The notes beneath the pieces were generated by a model. That model did not search any database and was not told the origin of the DNA. It saw only the letters and a list, made by a program, of their open reading frames with translations. A program made the position numbers and the translations under genes. From Patescibacteria group bacterium (GTDB lineage: Bacteria; Patescibacteriota; Gracilibacteria; BD1-5; UBA2023), in the NCBI GenBank assembly GCA_049301335.1, contig JBAQKV010000073.1, positions 1-38,181 of the forward strand: DNA of 38,181 nt, in the 5' to 3' direction. Numbering within the stretch: the first letter of the stretch is position 1; each line of letters starts with the position of its first letter. Of this stretch, positions 33,223 to 38,181 are shown in pieces.

Positions 33223-35436
33223 ATGAACAAAAACGAACCCCAGCCTTCCGCCGAGGAAACCTACGTCGCGCAGAACCGCGGCAGCGCCGAGGCCTACGAA
33301 GCCTACTACGCCGGAATGGACAAGACCGCCCAAGGCAAGCGTGCCGCGGCGAGCGTGCATCTGCCCACCGGTCCCGGAAAGAAGATCGCCGACATGGGCA
33401 TGGGCTCGTGAAAGGCTTCTTTCCTCCAGGCCGCGCTCGATTCCGATACCGAAATCGTGGGCGTCGACATCAATCCTACCGCGGTCGAATACGCCCGCGG
33501 CGCCTATTCGTTGCCGAACCTCGACTTCCGCCAGGGGGACATCGAGCAGATGATCTTCCCTCCGGAATCGCTTTCCGGAATCCTCAATTCGTCGTCGCTC
33601 CACCACGTCCATTCGTTCAACGGGTACGACAAGTCCCGGGTGCGCAACGCCATCGCCAACCAGGTCCGCCAGCTCGAAACGGGCGGGGTCCTCGTCATCC
33701 GCGATTTCGTCGTTCCCGACGAAGGGCTCGTGATATTCGAAATCCCGAACCTGCCCTCCGGCGAAAATCCCGACGCCGAACTCCTCGTCCGCTTTTCGAA
33801 GACCGCCCGCGCGCTCGCTCCGGAATCCGACCGCGGATTCTTCTTGGAAGAGACCGACGGCGAAGAGGGCGCCCGCGCGTTCCTCGTAGAAGCCCGCCAT
33901 GCCGCGGAATTCGTTCTCCGCAAGGACTACCAGGACGACTGGGATACCGAAATCCTCGAAGAGTACGGGTATTTCACCCAGTCCGAATTCGAACGCGCGT
34001 TCGAAGAAGAAGGGCTCCGCGTCGTCATGTCGAAGCCGTTCCGAAACCCGTGGATCGTCCGAAACCGCTTCCGCGGAAAATACCGCGCCATGCGTCAGAA
34101 CGGGGAAGAGCTCGATTTCTTTTCGACCAACTACGTCATCGTCGGACAGAAGGTCGCCAAGGGGGCCGGAGTACGCCTTCGGGAAAAATCGCCCGTGGCG
34201 CTTTCCGGCGACGGGTACCTTACCTTTTCACGCTACCGCGACACCGTTACCGGTAAGACGTTCGACTGCGTTCGGCGGAAGGGCGAAGTCGCCGACCTCT
34301 TTCCGTATTCGGTGAAAAACGGCCGCCCGCACGTCCTCCTCAAGGTAGGGGCGCCGCGTCCGGCGCTCAACGTCGTTCCGCGCGGAAACGCCAATATCGA
34401 CAAGGCCGAATACTCCGGATACGTCACCGAACCCATCGCCGTCGCCGCCGAAATCGCCGAATTGGCCCGCCGCACCACCGAACGCCTTTCCGAAGCCATC
34501 GGGACGGCGGCGTCTTCCGAATCGGGAATCGCCGGACCTTCCTACTACCCGTCGCCGGGCGGCATCGACGAACTCGTCGTTTCCAAATTCTTCGAAGTCG
34601 GAGCCGCTTCCGACGGCAAGGAACTTTCCGCGTGGGGGAATTTCACCTCCGGCGGGAAAACCAAATTCATGGACGCGCAGGAAATCCTCCGCGTCGCTCA
34701 GACCGGCGGACTCCCGGAAGCCCGAACCGAACTCGCGGCGTACTCGCTCTTGAAGAAACTCGGCATCGCTCCGGATCCCTGGATCGGGGACGAAATCCCG
34801 GTCGTTACCGGCGAAATCGGAAAAACCGCGTCCCTCGACGAACTTTTCGCGCCCGAGACTTCGCGCCGTTTCGAAAAAGCCGGAGGGGAAGGGGATTTCC
34901 TCCGCCACGTCCGTTCGAAATTCGTGGAAGAGCGCCACGAGGGCGGAACGTTCACGACCGTCGCCGAAAACGAAATCGATTTCGTCGTGCCGAAGAAGCT
35001 CTCCACCAATACCGTTTCCGCGTTGCCAGTGGTACGCGACGCCAACGGCGAAGTTTTCGTAGGCGTCGAGAAGCGTTTCCTTCCGGTTTGCGAAATCCAC
35101 CGGGGCTCCGCGGGAATCGTCGCGGTTCCGGCCTTCAGGACGGACAAATCCGTCGATTCTTTCGCCAAGATCGAAAAATTCCTCTCGAAGACCTTCGGAG
35201 TCGACGTCCGCGACGCGGCCCCGCTCGGAGAATCGTTCTTCCCGAGCATGGGAATCACTCCCGAGAAGGTCTACCCGTATTCCGTTTCGGGAAAGAACGT
35301 CCGACTTCCGGAAGACGTCGCTTTCGTTCCGCTCCGCGAGCTGTTTTCGAGGTCGGAAGAAATCCGCGACATGCAGCTTCTCGTATCGGTGTTCCGACTC
35401 GCACATTCGACCGGACTTTGGAAGGAATTCGCCTAA
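33223..35436 (+). CDS. Fusion protein (737 aa, one in-frame UGA): class I SAM-dependent methyltransferase plus two degenerate ADP-ribose-pyrophosphatase-like (Nudix-fold) modules
   Basis: ORFs 33223..33411 and 33457..35436 share one frame. 'KKIADMGMGS[TGA]KASFLQAALDSDTEIVGVDINPTAVEYA' is MTase motif I (DxGxGxG) plus post-I, with the TGA (33409-33411) at the third Gly. Further downstream, 'SYYPSPGGIDELVVSKFFEV...AQEILRVAQTGGLPEARTELAAYSLL' and 'FFPSMGITPEKVYPYSV...LRELFSRSEEIRDMQLLVSVFRL' resemble the NudF-type 'SPGGtsE' and C-terminal helix. The Nudix box is degenerate ('ELARRTTERLSEAIG'). TAA stop. Confidence 0.7.
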
Positions 35437-35458
35437 GGGGTTCTTCGTAAGAAATATA

Positions 35459-35486
35459 TTGACATTTATATCGTTTTACGTAAAAC
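35459..35486 (+). promoter_or_regulatory. Putative promoter of the 35599 operon
   Basis: TTGACA, 16-nt spacer, TAAAAC, the same hexamers and spacing as at 25421-25448. It is followed by a leader of about 110 nt containing the hairpin CGTACGG...CCGTACG. Confidence 0.45.
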
Positions 35487-35598
35487 CACGCGGTCACGCA
35501 CGGTCGCGTACGGTTTTCCGTCCGCTGTCCGTACGGGCGAACTTCGGTTCGTTTCGCTCGTTAACATCCAACTTGCATTAAGAAAGGCAGGTAGCCAC

Positions 35599-36537
35599 AT
35601 GAATAAGACCGCCGCGATTTTCGCGCTCGTCTCTTTCCTGGCCGTTCCCGTAGGCGTGAGCTTCGCGGGGACGACCACCACTTCCACTTCGTCGGCACGT
35701 TCGTCTCCGCCGTCGCCGGCTCCCGCCGCGCGCACGACGACGACGAGCTTCGGTTCGTCCAATTCCGCGCCTAAACAGGCGGCGGCGCCCGCGCCGGCTC
35801 CGGCGGCAGCTCCCGCACCAGTGCAGAAGTCTTTGGCTTTCGGTACTACGGGCAACGCTCCGGCAGGCAAGGTTGCCGATCCCGCTCCTTCGAAAAGCGT
35901 CTCCGCGATGTCCGCCGACCTCACCAAGTCGGCACAGCAAAAGAGCGCCATCGATTCGTGGGACAACCGCAACCGCGTCGCGAATACCGCTCCCACGGGA
36001 GTCAGTCGCGACCACGTTTTGCCTGATTCGGGCAAGCGCTTGGATGCCCCGGCGACGTCGGTTCCTTCGCAAGGCGACCGTTCGCTCGCTTCAGCCCGCG
36101 AACAGACCTACCGCGAACGTCAGGCCCGTCAGGACCAAATCCGCGCCGAAGAACTCCGTATCGAACGCCTCCGTGAGGAACGACGTCTCGAAATGGCCCG
36201 TCAACGCGCTTCCAGCGACAGCAGTCTGGTTAACGGCGTGATTATCGGAAGCATGATGAACCACGATCGCCATACCACCGTCGTCGTCCAACAGCCGGCC
36301 GCCCCGTACCAACCGGCACCGGCGGCGCCGTCTGCCGACGACCGCCAGCTCCAGCGTTACGAAGTCCCACAGTCCTCCCAGGGCGAAAGCTCCGGATCCG
36401 GATTTTTCTGGTTCTTCGTGATCGTTTTGGCAGCAGCGGCATTCGGCAGCGTCTACTGGTTCCTGAACCGGAAACCGGCTTTTGCCGGCTCCGTGAGCGA
36501 ACCGGTCCGCCACAAACCCAACTACGACCTCAAGTGA
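35599..36537 (+). CDS. Secreted, C-terminally anchored low-complexity protein (312 aa)
   Basis: Signal peptide 'MNKTAAIFALVSFLAVPVGVSFA', followed by S/T/P/A-rich tracts and a charged 'RERQARQDQIRAEELRIERLREERRLEMARQR' helix. The C-terminal TM segment is 'FFWFFVIVLAAAAFGSVYWFL'. The stop is TGA 36535-36537, 10 nt before the next ATG. Confidence 0.6.
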   Translation: MNKTAAIFALVSFLAVPVGVSFAGTTTTSTSSARSSPPSPAPAARTTTTSFGSSNSAPKQAAAPAPAPAAAPAPVQKSLAFGTTGNAPAGKVADPAPSKSVSAMSADLTKSAQQKSAIDSWDNRNRVANTAPTGVSRDHVLPDSGKRLDAPATSVPSQGDRSLASAREQTYRERQARQDQIRAEELRIERLREERRLEMARQRASSDSSLVNGVIIGSMMNHDRHTTVVVQQPAAPYQPAPAAPSADDRQLQRYEVPQSSQGESSGSGFFWFFVIVLAAAAFGSVYWFLNRKPAFAGSVSEPVRHKPNYDLK

Positions 36538-36547
36538 AGGGGAAAAG

Positions 36548-37348
36548 ATGAGCCTCAAATCCTTGCTCCACCTCGGGGCGAAAGTCGCGGAAAAACGCCA
36601 TGTAGAAGCCGATTCGGCTTCTACCCTTCCCCGACAGGACTCCGGGCTTCCGCTCGGTGCCCGAATCGGGGGAGTCATCGAAATTGAAAAGACTCCGTTC
36701 ATCATCGCCAAGGCTTCGGGCTCGTTCGCGCATCCGCCGAGCGCGTCCGAACGTTTCGTGGCGGCGGTCAGCCGGCTCAAGCTTACGGGCTTGCCCGGTA
36801 AGGCCTATCGCTACTATCTGGCCACCGGCGACGAAGGCGCGGGGGAAACCTTCCTCCAAACCTACCTCGGCGAAGACGGGAAAATCCGCGAAATCCTCTA
36901 CTGCACGCACCTCCACCGGTTGGTACCGAGCGCCGAAGAACAGGCGTTCTTTACCGCGAAGGGGGGCGAAGGCTTGGGGATGCAGTATTTTTCCTTTTCC
37001 GCCGACCAGCTCAAAGGCGTGGGCATCGACGAAAGCCTCGTCGCGCTCGCCGTCGGCGACGTCGGTTTCGTGAACTACCGCCGCGACATCGAACCCGATC
37101 TCGAATTCGTCGCCCCGCTCCGGGGTACCGAGTCGCGCATCGACGACGCCCAAGGCGAACACGGCCTGAAGCAGGAAGTCTTCTATCTACCCTACTGCCG
37201 CCAACTCGGCGACAGCGGACAAGTGGAATACCTCCTGATTTCCACGGAAATCGTGGAAAGCCGTGACGGGGATCCTTCCAAACGGGAAATCCACGTCGAC
37301 TTCATGGTCGCCATCCCCCTCACCGAGGGCATGGTCAGCGTTCTTTGA
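36548..37348 (+). CDS. Hypothetical protein, possibly DUF2491 (E. coli YjfK-like)
   Basis: 'LPLGARIGGVIEIEKTPFIIA', 'YRYYLATGDEGAGETFLQTYLGEDGKIREILY' and 'EYLLISTE' are recalled as YjfK-like, and the next gene is PspA-like. Not verified. The stop is TGA 37346-37348. Confidence 0.5.
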   Translation: MSLKSLLHLGAKVAEKRHVEADSASTLPRQDSGLPLGARIGGVIEIEKTPFIIAKASGSFAHPPSASERFVAAVSRLKLTGLPGKAYRYYLATGDEGAGETFLQTYLGEDGKIREILYCTHLHRLVPSAEEQAFFTAKGGEGLGMQYFSFSADQLKGVGIDESLVALAVGDVGFVNYRRDIEPDLEFVAPLRGTESRIDDAQGEHGLKQEVFYLPYCRQLGDSGQVEYLLISTEIVESRDGDPSKREIHVDFMVAIPLTEGMVSVL

Positions 37349-37398
37349 AAATCCGCCATCCGGCAAGCCCATCCGCAGCAAACCACCAGGAGAAAGAC

Positions 37399-38181
37399 AT
37401 GGAATTTTTCGGCAACCTCAAGAAACTCGCCCAACTCATCGGCGGCCAAGGCAACAAGGCGGTCGAGAACGCGAACGTCGCGTTGCAGACTCTGGACCCG
37501 GAAACGGCGTCGGAAGTCGAATACGAACAGTTCATGAAAGATCTCAGCGCCGCCGCTCTCGAGCTCGGCAAACTGACCGACAAGGCCAAGGACGAAGACG
37601 ACGACGTCGTCCGCGTCAAGGGCGAGCTCGAGCAGAAGAAGCAGGCCGCCCGCATCATCAAGGGCAACCTGACCAAACTGCAGGCCAGCGATTCTGCCGG
37701 CGAAGTCGTCGACCAGAAACTCTACGCCGACACTTCCGCCGCCCTCGACGAAGCTTTGGACGCGGTCGAGAAGGGCGTCGCCCAACTCGCCCAGGAAGAA
37801 GCCGAAGCCCAGGTCGCGCACGAAACGCTCGCCGCCTACGAAACCTTCTACCGCGAATTGTCCGCGAAGTTCAAGAACGCCCGCAAGGAGTTCAAGGACG
37901 CCAAGGACGAGAACGCGCTGGCGGAGTCCCGTGCCAAATTGGCCGAGTTCCGCCTGAACGAAGAACAGAAGCTCGCCAAGATGCGCGACGGCATTGCCGA
38001 CGGTTCGTCCGTGGCTACGGCCCTCCGGGCGCGTACCGCGGCGCTCAACGCCAAAACCGCCGCCGCGACCACCGTCACCGGCACCCTGAAGCCCGACGCT
38101 TCTTCCGACATCCTCGCTTCCGCCATGGCGGAAGCCAAGGGCGGTGGAAAGACTCAGGCCGAACGTGCCGCCGCGCTGCTG
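37399..38181 (+). CDS. PspA/IM30-like coiled-coil protein (YjfJ-like), 3'-partial
   Basis: AGGAG lies 6 nt upstream of ATG 37399. The frame is open to the window end (261 codons), so it is absent from the ORF track. There is an N-terminal amphipathic 'MEFFGNLKKLAQLIGG', a long heptad-rich body, and a '...GGGKTQAERAAALL' tail. Confidence 0.5.
   Translation, partial: MEFFGNLKKLAQLIGGQGNKAVENANVALQTLDPETASEVEYEQFMKDLSAAALELGKLTDKAKDEDDDVVRVKGELEQKKQAARIIKGNLTKLQASDSAGEVVDQKLYADTSAALDEALDAVEKGVAQLAQEEAEAQVAHETLAAYETFYRELSAKFKNARKEFKDAKDENALAESRAKLAEFRLNEEQKLAKMRDGIADGSSVATALRARTAALNAKTAAATTVTGTLKPDASSDILASAMAEAKGGGKTQAERAAALL

Noticed and set aside
2021-35436. In-frame TGAs interpreted as selenocysteine codons
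   Set aside because: The sites align to glycine, not to Cys/Sec redox positions. The eight sites occur in unrelated non-redox proteins. No consistent SECIS-like hairpin lies immediately downstream; only one site has a strong stem.
2021-35436. In-frame TGAs interpreted as nonsense mutations (pseudogenes) or random sequencing errors
   Set aside because: All eight interruptions are TGA and none is TAA or TAG. There are no frameshifts. Coding signal and conserved motifs continue in frame on both sides, and several sites hit invariant Gly. Random decay would give a mix of stop types and indels. A systematic GGA-to-TGA consensus error cannot be excluded without reads, and this caveat is noted in the finding.
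35487-35598. The roughly 110-nt leader upstream of 35599 as a riboswitch or small RNA
   Set aside because: Only one modest hairpin is visible (CGTACGG...CCGTACG). I see no resemblance to a riboswitch class I can recognise, and there is no second copy for comparison. It is noted only in the promoter feature.
1-38181. Search for tRNA (especially tRNA-Gly-UCA), rRNA, IS elements, integrases and prophage genes
   Set aside because: No intergenic region is long enough or has cloverleaf-like GC-rich structure. No transposase, integrase or recombinase motifs were seen in any credible ORF. The decoding tRNA, if it exists, must lie outside this window.

Overview
This is a GC-rich, densely coding bacterial chromosomal segment with strong GC3 bias. 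I call 33 protein-coding genes, about 14 rho-independent terminators and several sigma70-like promoters. I found no rRNA, tRNA, CRISPR array or IS/transposase. All domain calls come from motifs read by eye; no similarity search was possible.

Gene content by region:
- 1-11.4 kb: RNase J, cold-shock protein, Fe-SOD, a DsbA-like lipoprotein, and an AAA+ ATPase next to an 826-aa TPR-like protein.
- 11.6-14.8 kb: a nicotinamidase / NAPRT-like / ADP-ribosylglycohydrolase operon.
- 14.9-18.5 kb: an acidic repeat protein, two small proteins, and a CoaD-CoaE-HD fusion.
- 18.6-25.2 kb: a seven-gene minus-strand operon. It holds an ABC ATPase, a permease, a binding-protein-OmpA fusion, an orphan TAXI binding protein and coiled-coil proteins.
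- 25.5-26.7 kb: a lower-GC NhaD-like transporter.
- 27-35.4 kb: a PP2C phosphatase / atypical kinase / isochorismatase-like / vWA cluster (TerY-P-triad-like), then an orphan gene and a methyltransferase fused to two degenerate Nudix-like modules.
- 35.6-38.2 kb: an anchored low-complexity protein, a DUF2491-like protein and a PspA-like protein.

Main observations:
1. The supplied standard-code ORF track breaks five genes at eight in-frame TGA codons. At least three of these sit on near-invariant glycines: SAM-MTase motif I, the CoaE 'LG' position, and the ARH N-terminal motif. This points to UGA being read as Gly, as in code 25.
2. Seven genes nevertheless end at TGA in a natural-looking way. 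For five of them, read-through would give absurd products. UGA therefore looks dual-use or context-dependent here. TAA/TAG dominate as stops (26 of 33), which is atypical for a GC-rich genome.
3. A near-identical operator-like motif, AGTGTATTAAGTACA(N2)TAATAGAA, lies just downstream of the -10 box of both the NAD-salvage/ARH operon and the PP2C-kinase-isochorismatase-vWA operon. This suggests one NAD/ADP-ribose-linked regulon.
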